From: an uncultured Anaerolineaceae bacterium
Lineage (GTDB): Bacteria; Chloroflexota; Anaerolineae; Anaerolineales; Anaerolineaceae
Length of the DNA stretch: 64,000 nucleotides
Assembly (NCBI GenBank): GCA_937915675.1
Contig: CALGID010000001.1
Coordinates: 23,504-87,503, forward strand
Reading direction: 5' to 3'
Positions 55,639-64,000 of the stretch are shown piece after piece. The position numbers were made by a program, and so were the translations under genes. Under the pieces are notes generated by a model. The model did no database searches. It was not told the DNA's origin and worked only from the letters and a program-made list of their open reading frames with translations. Position 1 is the stretch's first letter. Each line of letters begins with the position of its first letter.

Positions 55639-57068
55639 TTACCTCCTGATCAGCGGCATGTAAGCCGGATAAAACTGCCTGGCCACCATCACCGCCTGCA
55701 ACTTATCCACTGCGCTGTTATCCAGCCGGTTATACGCCACGGCAATGCGTCCATCCGGGTAGGTGGCAATACTGCTGTAGGTACCCTTGAGGATGTCATG
55801 GGTGGCATCCTTCCAACCATAATCCACCTCCGCGCAGAACCAGGTGCGGTTGCCCGCGAAGAGCGGCCCGCAGTTTTCCCTGCCTACCGCCAGCGCCGGC
55901 CGCATCATCATCAGGCTGTTATTCGTAACGCCTCCCCCCCAAACCGAATAAGTTTGAAAAGTAATGACCTCGTAGTTGTTTTTGTCCACCACCAGGTCGA
56001 TGGTGTTGTAAATACTGTTACTGTTTACACCATCACTAAGCTCCTCACAGGTAAACGCCGAGTTCCCCACGCAGTTACCCCCCGGTCCTGAATACCAGAT
56101 ATGGCGCAGTTTATTATTGGCCAAACCAGCAGTTGTATATATCACCGAAAAGCGATCCTTCGCGTTCTGGCGCGCGTGCACGGCCAGGCTGCTGGTATCG
56201 TTGCTGATCACTTCCAAAGTGGTGCATCCCCAAGCCGAATCCGAGGCACAAGGGGTGGCCGTGCCGATGGGATGCTGCGCCGCGCGGATGCTGGGGTGGT
56301 CCGAATCGTTGTATACAATCTGGGTACACCCTCATACGAAATCTCCATATCCATGTTGGTACCAAAATTTGTATCATTTCCGTAAGCAACGGCGTGATAT
56401 TCAAAGGACTGATCCGGGCCTAACCACCCTTTTCCCGGGCCGAGATAAGGCAAGGCAATGACCGTCCGGCGGCCATCGTCCAAAACCCAATGGAAAGCAA
56501 TCGTAGGGTAACCGCTCGTGGGGTCGTACTTGAGCACCACCCGGGCCTCCCCGATGGTGATATTTTTGGTGGTTTGCGATTTCAGCACCGTAATGATATT
56601 CCATGCCGGGTAAGGGTCTAAGATGGCGATATCTTTCCAGGCATATTTAATGGCATTATTGGTGATATCCACATAGGCGATGCCAATGCGCGTGTAACTC
56701 AGCAAGGGGAGGGTGCTGTTGAACACCCGCACAATATCCATCGAGGCCTGGTAGCCCACATTGCCCAGGTAATCCACCGTGCTGCACTGGAAGTTGTGGT
56801 TATTGCCGCAGTTGCCGGCACCGGGTTCCACCTCGTAGGCCAGCTTGAGGTCCGCATTGTTGGTATCGTGATAGGCTACGTAAAGGCGGGCAGTATAAGG
56901 GTCATACTTGGCGGTCACATCGCGGGTAAAAAAGAGCTGGGGTGTCGAATCAACAACAACCTTTTCCCAGGGCAGCGGCGGGCCTGCCGGCGCGGCGGCA
57001 TAGGCAGGAAGGCTTCCGAAGCCCAATGCCAGGATGAGGATGGCAATCAGCAGTATCTTGCGGTTCAT
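55639..57068 (-). pseudogene. Secreted Cys-rich repeat protein, paralog B, split by a frameshift near 56320..56335
   Basis: ORFs 56208..57098 and 55639..56217 overlap in different frames. My translation shows the downstream frame is open from 56331 (GCTQIVYNDSDHPSIRAAQHPIGTATPCASDSAWGCTTLEVISND...) and is homologous to paralog A. Signal peptide MNRKILLIAILILALGFGSLPAYA follows AAGGAG (start 57068). Confidence 0.65.
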
Positions 57069-57257
57069 TCTTGCTCCTTTGATCTCAAGATCACTCATTT
57101 AGTGTCTGAATCACATGGTCTGTCAGTCATCTTTCATTAAGGTCACGCACATCTGCCCCGCCGTCTGGCCCGGGATTTACTAGCAGGCGGCGTGTACCTG
57201 CCTCACTCTAGCGGAGGGCAGCCGGGGCAGCAGCAGCTGCCCTCCACGCAAAAAGCG

Positions 57258-58685
57258 CTAACGGCGGATGAGGGGCAGGAAATTTCCAAAACCAGTTCGC
57301 AGTACATACAAGCCCTGAAAGGGAACCGTACCGGTATCCATGCGAGTGTAAGCCAGTGCCAGACCCCCATTGGGATAAACTGCTAACGAAGAAAAGGCGC
57401 CGAACGAAGGGGAGGATACTGCTGTCTCCGGGGCGCTGTCCAGAGAGGTGCAAACCCAGGTGAACTTTCCCAGGAACGGATTGCAGTTAGGGGTCTCACC
57501 AGGAACTGCCGCGAGCGGCCGGGCCAGCATCAGTTCGGAGGTATTCGCGCCGGTCAAGCGCCGGTAAGAAATCATGGGAAAACCTTTCAGGTCGTTTTCC
57601 ATGTCCGTGCGCGCCCAAACCGGGCCCAGCCCATCCTGGATGGTGGCCAGCCAGTAATTGGGGTTCGTAGCGCCGTTGCCGCCGCCATCCCCGACCAATG
57701 TCAGCAGTTTCAAGGCGCCAGCATCCGGGTCAAGGGCAGCGATGCGCCGGGTGTCCGCACCGCTCTTCGCCGCGTGGATGCTCAGGGCATCCGCCGTCAT
57801 CGTGTGCACCACATTGCACATCCATTTCACGGTTTCAGAACAGCCCGTATTGGTGCTGCCGTGAACATACACGGCCAGCTTCACGGCAGGCGGAACGGGA
57901 GAACCTTGAACCACCGCGGCAAAATAGGCGATCTCGATATTCCCCGTGGCGTTGATATCCATATCCATCGGATAGCCGTAACCCGCCGAGGCAGCCGAGT
58001 CGATCAGCCGGCATTCGTACTTTAAGTTCGTTCCGCAGGCAGCAGTATGGTCGATGGGGTCCCCATCCACGTGTTCGATCACCCAGGCAACTTAGCCTTT
58101 TTCCGCTCCGGTCGTTGGCTCACTGATTTGGGCTGCAAAAACCGCCAGATGGCTCACCGGCATGTACTTTAAACTCAAAGACCGGCCCTCCCCTGCAGGT
58201 GCCCAACTGCTGAAATCTCCTGCTGTATCGGTGGTCCAAGTCGGGTTAGGGGTCAGGGCGCTGAATGTTTTTTGCGTGTACATCAGGCTCTGAGTATTAT
58301 TATCAATGTAGGCCACCCCTACTTGGGTATAGCTGATCTGCCCGATGAAATAGTTCTGAATATCAAGCGCCACGCCGCCAATATTCGAGCCCTGAAAAAG
58401 CACCTCACAATTAAAATGATTGTTCCGGCTGCAATTGCCCGTGCCCGGCTGGGTCTCAACAGCCAATTCCACATTATGGGAGGAAGGGTCGTAATACGCC
58501 AGGTGGAGCAAGCCGTTTTGCGGATTCACTTTGGCAGAAACATACAAACCATATTCCATCGAGCCGGCGTGAATGTACTCCTTTTGCAGGAACATCGCTG
58601 GCACGGGGCTCTGGGCAGAGGCAAAAGCAGTACTGCTTAGAAGGCTGAGAGTGAGCAACAAAAGTAATAATATTTTGCGTTGCAT
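57258..58685 (-). pseudogene. Secreted Cys-rich repeat protein, paralog A, interrupted by an in-frame TAA at 58092..58094
   Basis: ORFs 58092..58685 and 57258..58082 are in the same frame, separated only by TAA plus 3 sense codons (GAEKG*VAWVIEH). Paralog B is continuous across this point. Signal peptide MQRKILLLLLLTLSLLSSTAFA. Confidence 0.65.
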
Positions 58686-58927
58686 GAGGCTTCCTTTCGT
58701 GAGCGATGCACCATTCAGATGATGCGAAAACCTGCCCCGCCTTCTGGAACATCTGAATCATACGCCCCAGGCTTCGGCGGATATAGTAGAATTTTCAGTA
58801 CATTCAGTAATAAAATGAAAAATATTGAAGCAGGAGCGGCTGGTTTTCTACGAAAAGAGCGCCTTGTCAGCACATCGGGGCAAGTGCAGGCTTTGATCAG
58901 GAATTTGATTATTAAGGGGGCGGGGCC

Positions 58928-59713
58928 ATGGATCATCCGATAAATGAACTGGAGAAAGCTGCCAGAGCAGACCAAGAAGCGCAATTTCTAAGCGAGGGAG
59001 ACTTTCGCCGGATACTGGAAAACAGCCCGGGCCATTGCCTGGTTTACAACACCCGCGGCGATCTGATCTACCTCACCCCAGCCACACAGCGGCTCTTTCA
59101 TATTAAGGACCTCAGCCAGGTGTTGGGCCAGGTGAACGTGCTTAAGGACCCCAGCCTAAGCTACGCCGGCCTGGACATGCGCGGCATATTCCAACGGGCA
59201 ATGGCGCGTGAGCGCTTCAACCTCTATAATGTGCGCACCCCGGTCCGGGAAATCACGGAGCGCTTCGGCAGCGGCGAGCCGGAACGCCTCAGCGAGTTCA
59301 CTACTTTTTATGTCTTCCCGCTCTATGACCAGGCCGGCCAGGTCAGCCATGTGGTCACAATGATGATGCCCCAGCAGTTCTTCAAAGGCGACCCTCTTGC
59401 CCTGGCCTGCCGCGAATACCTGGAGGAGCATTGGCAGGAGCCCTTCGATAACCTGGCGCTGGCACGCAGGGTAGCCATGTCCCGCTCGCAGGTGAACAAG
59501 GTCTTCGAAAACGCCTTCGGCCTCACGCCATTTGCCTACTACCGGCGCAAGAAGATCGATCACCTCAAGGAAGCACTGCTTCAGCCTGGGGTATCGGTCA
59601 AGCAGGCCTACACCGCCTGCGGCCTCACCTATAACGGCAGCCTCGCCCGGGATTTTGCCAAAAGCACAGGCTACACCCCCAAAGCCTTCCAGTACCTTCA
59701 GCGCGATGCTTGA
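58928..59713 (+). CDS. AraC-family transcriptional regulator with an N-terminal PAS-like sensor domain
   Basis: PAS-like FRRILENSPGHCLVYNTRGDLIYLTPA. C-terminal AraC HTH (LARRVAMSRSQVNKVFENAFGLTPFAYYRR...ARDFAKSTGYTPKAF). Confidence 0.85.
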   Translation: MDHPINELEKAARADQEAQFLSEGDFRRILENSPGHCLVYNTRGDLIYLTPATQRLFHIKDLSQVLGQVNVLKDPSLSYAGLDMRGIFQRAMARERFNLYNVRTPVREITERFGSGEPERLSEFTTFYVFPLYDQAGQVSHVVTMMMPQQFFKGDPLALACREYLEEHWQEPFDNLALARRVAMSRSQVNKVFENAFGLTPFAYYRRKKIDHLKEALLQPGVSVKQAYTACGLTYNGSLARDFAKSTGYTPKAFQYLQRDA

Positions 59714-59762
59714 ACGAAACGCAATAGATCCTTGCGTATTACCCTATCCTAGGCCCGTGATC

Positions 59763-59793
59763 TAGGAGAGTCGAGCGAACGCCAGGCTCTCCC
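59763..59793. repeat. Third, diverged member of the GGAGAG...AGGCTCTCCCG hairpin family
   Basis: TAGGAGAGTCGAGCGAACGCCAGGCTCTCCCGG. Shares the AGGCTCTCCCG arm with the copies at 4142 and 4327. Confidence 0.4.
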
Positions 59794-59961
59794 GGGAACA
59801 AAACACTCAGGGATCAGTACGGGCATTATGCCTGACCCGTACGCGAGGGTCCTTGTAAACATCCTTTTCCAAGGAGCCCAATTAACCTCTTAGCGGTTTC
59901 CAACCCTTGGAAATAAGTCTCCAAACGCAAAATCCGTCCTGCGGCCTTCCCTGCAAACATC

Positions 59962-59996
59962 GCAAAATCACAAAGGCCGGGCGGTCTGCCCGGCCC
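59962..59996 (-). terminator. Rho-independent terminator of the tryptophanase-like gene
   Basis: On the minus strand: GGGCCGGGC-AGACC-GCCCGGCC followed by TTTGTGATTTTGCG. Confidence 0.75.
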
Positions 59997-60038
59997 ATGC
60001 AAATCTTCGGACCTTATTAACTCATTAATAGGAAGGGT

Positions 60039-61421
60039 CTAGCCTTCAATTTCCTCCAGCTTGGCCATAAAGTGCCGCAGCACCTCCGGCGCCCAAACCA
60101 CTCGCGTACCTTTCACCAGCTCTGGTTGGCGCATCAATTCGGCCGCTGCTTCGCCAATGTAATCCAGATGGCTGCGGGTGTAGACCCGCCGTGGAATGGC
60201 AAAGCGCACCAGCTCCAACGGCGCGAACTGCTGCAAGCCGGTCACCGGATCAGTATGTTCAAACATCAAAGAACCAATTTCAACCGTGCGGATGCCCCCA
60301 ACCAGATAAAGCGCGTTGGCCAGGCCAACCGCCGGGAATTGCTGGGGTGGAATATTGGGGAAGGCCTTGCCCGCGTCCACGTATACGGCATGTCCGCCGG
60401 TGGGTTTATAAACCGGCATCCCCGCCGCACTGAGCACCTCGCCCAGGTAACGCGTATGCGCCTCGCGGTAAGCCAGATAATCCTCTTCCACCACCTCGTT
60501 TAGCCCAATAGCCAGGGCATCCAGGTCGCGCCCAGCCAGGCCGCCGTAGGTCAGAAAACCCTCATGCACGATCAGGTTCGCCCCAATTCGGGCCTTAAGC
60601 GCTTCGTCCCTGAAGGCGATGAACCCGCCGATGTTCACCAACCCGTCCTTCTTGGCGCTCATCGTGCAGCCATCGGCATAGCTGAATTGCTCGCGCACGA
60701 TCTCGCGCACGGGCACATCCTTGTACTTCGGATCCCGCAGTTTGATGAACCAGGCGTTCTCGGCAAAGCGCGCGGCGTCGATGAAGAAGGGGATGCCGTG
60801 CCTGTGGTAGATCTCGGCCGTCCCGCGGATGTTGCCCATCGAAACCGGCTGGCCCGCGGCGCTGTTATTGGTGATCGTGAGCATCCCGAGGGGGATGTTC
60901 TCCACACCCGTCTCCCGGATGAAAGCCTCCAGCTTTTCAAGGTCCATATCGCCCTTAAACGGAGCCTCCAGGCTGGAATCTTCGGATTCGGCGATGGGCA
61001 GGTCCACCGGGTTCACGCCCAGCACCTGCAGGTTGCCCATCGTGGTATCGAAGTGGCGGTTGCTGGGCACGCTCTGGCCGGCTTTGACCAATGAACTGAA
61101 GAGCATTCCCTCGGCGGCGCGGCCCTGGTGAGTGGGCAGCACGTAGGGGAAACCCAGCACTTCCTGGATTGCCTGCTCAAAGCGGAACCAGCTCTTCGAG
61201 CCGGCATAGGCCTCGTCACCGCGCATGATGCCCGCCCACTGGGCATCGCTCATCGCGCCGGTGCCGCTATCCGTCAGCATGTCAATAAACACGTCCTCCG
61301 CTGGCACCATAAAAAGATTGAAATGCGCTGCCTTCAGGGCGGCTTCACGCTCGGCGCGCGTGGTCAGCTTAACTTTTTCCACTACCTTGATCCGAAATGG
61401 CTCGATGAACGGGATACTCAT
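60039..61421 (-). CDS. tnaA: Tryptophanase-like beta-eliminating lyase (PLP-dependent)
   Basis: EPFRIKVVEKVKLTTRAEREAAL, IDMLTDSGTGAMSDAQWAGIMRGDEAYAGS, ARFAENAWFIK, PLP-Lys motif SAKKD, and a C-terminal VLRHFMAKLEE. By recollection these are closer to E. coli TnaA (SAKKD, ARFAENAYFIK) than to tyrosine phenol-lyase (SGKKD). Confidence 0.75.
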   Translation of the reverse strand: MSIPFIEPFRIKVVEKVKLTTRAEREAALKAAHFNLFMVPAEDVFIDMLTDSGTGAMSDAQWAGIMRGDEAYAGSKSWFRFEQAIQEVLGFPYVLPTHQGRAAEGMLFSSLVKAGQSVPSNRHFDTTMGNLQVLGVNPVDLPIAESEDSSLEAPFKGDMDLEKLEAFIRETGVENIPLGMLTITNNSAAGQPVSMGNIRGTAEIYHRHGIPFFIDAARFAENAWFIKLRDPKYKDVPVREIVREQFSYADGCTMSAKKDGLVNIGGFIAFRDEALKARIGANLIVHEGFLTYGGLAGRDLDALAIGLNEVVEEDYLAYREAHTRYLGEVLSAAGMPVYKPTGGHAVYVDAGKAFPNIPPQQFPAVGLANALYLVGGIRTVEIGSLMFEHTDPVTGLQQFAPLELVRFAIPRRVYTRSHLDYIGEAAAELMRQPELVKGTRVVWAPEVLRHFMAKLEEIEG

Positions 61422-61444
61422 GCACTCTCCTTATGTGAATATGG

Positions 61445-62668
61445 TCAAAGGCCGGGCGCAGCAAAGGCTTTGCCGGCCAAAATTCCGCTCGCGAAGGCGA
61501 AGTGCAGGTTGTATCCGCCGCAGGGGCCGGCCACGTCCAGAACTTCACCCACCAAACTCAGTTCGGGCAGTTTGAGCGAGCGCATCGTTACCGGGTGCAC
61601 CTCGTTCACCGCCACGCCGCCCACCTTGACCTGCGAATTTTCAAAATTGCCTGCCCCGCTCACCTTGAAGCGCAGATCGCTCAGGCCCTTTACCAGGGCC
61701 ATCCCCTCACGCATATTCAGCTGCCCCACATGCTTGTGGGGCTGCAGCCCCGCCATCTGTAGAAGAACTGGCACGGCTTTAGGCGCAAAGAACATCGACA
61801 GCAAAGCGCCCAGGCTGCAGCGCGCGCTCATCAGGCCCTGCTCCAAACGCTTGCGCCTGGTGCCCAGCAAGTCCAGGCTAAGGCTGAGGGCTTGGCTGCC
61901 ATGCACCCCAACAAGGTGGCTCAGGTTCATCACACCCGGGCCATTAAACCCCTCAGCGATCACGATCAGGTTCCCCTCCGAGCTGCCGAGCAGCTCTTCC
62001 CCCGCGTAAATGGCAGTCCGGGCATCGAAGCGCTGGCCCTTAAGTGCGGCAAAAGCACCCAATTCAGCATAGATCGGGCCTAGCGCGGGCAAGGGCGGCC
62101 GGACAGTATGCCCCAGTTCCCGCAGCAGCGGAAAGAGCGCGCCGTCAGAACCCAGGCGCGGATAGGCCCGCCCGCCGCTGGCCAGCACCAGGTGGTCGCA
62201 AGCCGCGCTGGGGGCATCCGGGCCGTCCAAATGCAGTTTCCATCCTCCCCCACCCCGACTGCGTTCAAACCGCTTCACCCTTGTGGCTACGCGCAATATT
62301 ACGCCGGCATTACGCAGCTGTTCCTCTAAAATAGCCACCACGGCGCCAGCCGATTCAGAAAGCGGATACACCCAGCCATCTGGTGTTGCAAAACTGGGAA
62401 TGCCCCAGCCATCCAGGGTGGCCAGAAGCGCCTCCGGAGGCATCGCCTCCAGGGTCTGCGCCAACCAGCTTGGATCCGGGCAGGTATAAACCCCGGCGGA
62501 AACAGCGTGATTGCTCAGGTTGCAGCGGCCGCTGCCGGTCACCAGCAGTTTGCGCCCCAGGGCCTCTTTTTGCTCATAAAGGGTAACAGTTTCACCGCCG
62601 CGCGCGGCAGCCAGCGCGAAGGCCATGCCCGCTGGACCAGCCCCAATAACAGCGATCTTCATAGGCAT
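61445..62668 (-). CDS. HI0933/BaiN-like FAD-dependent oxidoreductase
   Basis: IAVIGAGPAGMAFALAAARGG...GRKLLVTGSGRCNLSN N-terminal signature of the HI0933 family; 407 aa. Confidence 0.8.
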   Translation of the reverse strand: MPMKIAVIGAGPAGMAFALAAARGGETVTLYEQKEALGRKLLVTGSGRCNLSNHAVSAGVYTCPDPSWLAQTLEAMPPEALLATLDGWGIPSFATPDGWVYPLSESAGAVVAILEEQLRNAGVILRVATRVKRFERSRGGGGWKLHLDGPDAPSAACDHLVLASGGRAYPRLGSDGALFPLLRELGHTVRPPLPALGPIYAELGAFAALKGQRFDARTAIYAGEELLGSSEGNLIVIAEGFNGPGVMNLSHLVGVHGSQALSLSLDLLGTRRKRLEQGLMSARCSLGALLSMFFAPKAVPVLLQMAGLQPHKHVGQLNMREGMALVKGLSDLRFKVSGAGNFENSQVKVGGVAVNEVHPVTMRSLKLPELSLVGEVLDVAGPCGGYNLHFAFASGILAGKAFAAPGL

Positions 62669-62873
62669 GATTATACCTTCACGCTAACAAAATCAAGCAA
62701 ATGTGCGCGTCCAGGCGAATAAAAGCCTTGAAAATTAATCTTCGTTAATTAGCGCGGAACAAGGCTCCAACTGCAAATTCTAATGGTCATGAATTACCAG
62801 AACAGGACGCCATTAAACCCCTCAGCAGGACCTATTGGGTGGAACCGCCGGCAAATTACCGCGCCTTTGCTCA

Positions 62874-62911
62874 TTAAAAAGAACAGGAGCCGGCATCAAT
62901 GCCAGCCCCTG
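62874..62911 (-). terminator. Rho-independent terminator candidate
   Basis: On the minus strand: CAGGGGCUGGCAU-UG-AUGCCGGCUCCUG (two G-U pairs) followed by TTCTTTTT. Confidence 0.6.
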
Positions 62912-62925
62912 CCCAAGAAAACTGC

Positions 62926-64000
62926 CTAGCGGGTGACGACAGGCAAGTAAATAGCCGGCAAGTCGTAAAAGACGATCGTCTCCCCCGACGTCCCATCAAA
63001 GCTGAAAAGCGATATGCTGGAACCTGCCTGCATCTGCTTGATCAGCTCATCCTTGATGGTCCACCCTCCAGCCACCACGGAAACAAAATCACTGCTCTGT
63101 GTGTACCAATTGACGTAAAGGCCATAGCTCAACCATTTGTTGGGCTCGATGGTGCCAGAAGCCTGGCCCAGTTTAAGGTCTACGCCGTCGATCTTAAGAT
63201 CCACCACCTGATGCGCTACCGTATGGAGCCCATCCGTAGCTGCCACGGTCTCTCCCGCTTGGATGTCCGTATCGCTCAATTTCTGGAAAGCATACCCGTA
63301 GGCATCCACCGGGATATTTCGCCCAATACCGCCAACCGTTACTGAGACCGCACTATTTTGTGGCCAGGAAAACAACTCCACGGCGTCTATTTGCGGATAA
63401 ATAGCCAGAAACGGCCAGGGAATCAACCAATTTACAACCGTGGCATTCCCATTGGCATCAAACTCTGCCACGGTTCCCCTGCTGCCTCCGGAAAGGAACA
63501 AAACCGGTGCGTATGTGATGCTCCAATTCCCGTTGGTGTCTGCGTTGAGGCCTGCATTCTGCTCGCTCGTCATATCCGATGCCCACAGTTCCAGCGGGGC
63601 GTTCGCTGCTGCAGTCCCCGAAACCGTGCCGGTCGATTGGTTCACACTGGTCACCTTCACAGTCAATACGGTATGCTCCGTTCCATAGGCGCCTTGCTGG
63701 ACGATCACCTTATCCCCTGGCACAAGGTCATGCCCCTTTGTTTCAACATGTGCAAAGCCCTGACGGTCAGCGTTAAAGTCCCAGGTTTTTAATCCGATGC
63801 TTAAAGTGCCGCTTTGGCTCGGTTCCAATTGCCTGATTTCCACAAAGTCAGCCAGTGGATAGGCCTTCACTGCTGGATAAGGCAGATACCAATAAAAAGA
63901 GCTTGCGTTCCCAGCCGCATCAGTCTGGATCGCAAAGCCCCAACTATTGGGGGCAATGTTCGTGATCCCGGCGAAGCTGTAACTCCAATTCCCCTCCGCG
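62926..64000 (-). CDS. Secreted/cell-surface protein of unknown function, C-terminal part; the gene continues beyond the right edge
   Basis: The ORF track begins at GTG 63870, but my translation of 63871..63999 in the same frame has no stop (AEGNWSYSFAGITNIAPNSWGFAIQTDAAGNASSFYWYLPYPAVK...). Beta-rich, Thr/Ser/Gly-rich composition. Ends in IYLPVVTR. Confidence 0.6.
   Translation of the reverse strand, partial: AEGNWSYSFAGITNIAPNSWGFAIQTDAAGNASSFYWYLPYPAVKAYPLADFVEIRQLEPSQSGTLSIGLKTWDFNADRQGFAHVETKGHDLVPGDKVIVQQGAYGTEHTVLTVKVTSVNQSTGTVSGTAAANAPLELWASDMTSEQNAGLNADTNGNWSITYAPVLFLSGGSRGTVAEFDANGNATVVNWLIPWPFLAIYPQIDAVELFSWPQNSAVSVTVGGIGRNIPVDAYGYAFQKLSDTDIQAGETVAATDGLHTVAHQVVDLKIDGVDLKLGQASGTIEPNKWLSYGLYVNWYTQSSDFVSVVAGGWTIKDELIKQMQAGSSISLFSFDGTSGETIVFYDLPAIYLPVVTR

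Noticed and set aside
58092-58094. Programmed recoding (selenocysteine or pyrrolysine) at the in-frame stop of paralog A
   Set aside because: The codon is TAA, whereas Sec uses TGA and Pyl uses TAG. I saw no SECIS-like element, and TAA terminates other genes in the window.

Overview
64-kb chromosomal segment from a moderately high-GC bacterium. Gene content, GTAGGGG-type hairpin repeats and the secreted-protein architecture suggest a Chloroflexota/Anaerolineae-like organism, but this is a guess I could not verify. Gene order, left to right: (1) A LacI-regulated CUT1 sugar ABC operon on the minus strand. (2) A minus-strand operon of Yip1-like membrane protein, MacB-type ABC ATPase, CARDB-like secreted protein and FtsX permease, sitting downstream of a HisKA_3 kinase / LuxR response-regulator pair. 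(3) A divergent YbhGFSR-like ABC-2 efflux operon (two ATPases, one permease, a HlyD lipoprotein), followed by a TldD/PmbA pair and a histidine phosphatase. (4) Orphan ascorbate-family PTS IIC/IIB genes. (5) Two giant secreted subtilases (1607 and 1072 aa) behind a 640-bp AT-rich region. (6) lplA, a DUF2975/XRE pair, a tyrosine integrase next to a single PH-domain gene bracketed by an exact 19-bp direct repeat, and hcp. (7) A BNR/Asp-box protein, a ~1-kb mosaic array of two alternating hairpin repeats, and ugd. (8) A DUF2089 gene plus small membrane proteins, and an frlD/frlB-like fructosamine module. (9) A ~13-kb visibly lower-GC island with no mobility genes. It encodes IclR, two enolase-superfamily enzymes, an amidohydrolase_2, an RraA-type aldolase, a LivKHMGF-type transporter, a 2-hydroxyacid dehydrogenase and a D-aminoacylase. 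(10) Two tandem paralogous secreted Cys-rich repeat proteins, each broken by one lesion: an in-frame TAA in one and a frameshift in the other. (11) A PAS-AraC regulator, a tryptophanase-like lyase, an HI0933-type flavoprotein and a partial secreted protein. The most unusual observation is a shared extreme C-terminal tail, [FY][LM]P[LV][IV]x[RK]-stop. It occurs on four different secreted proteins and as an internal relic in the larger subtilase. All calls come from reading the sequence and the ORF track; no database search was possible.
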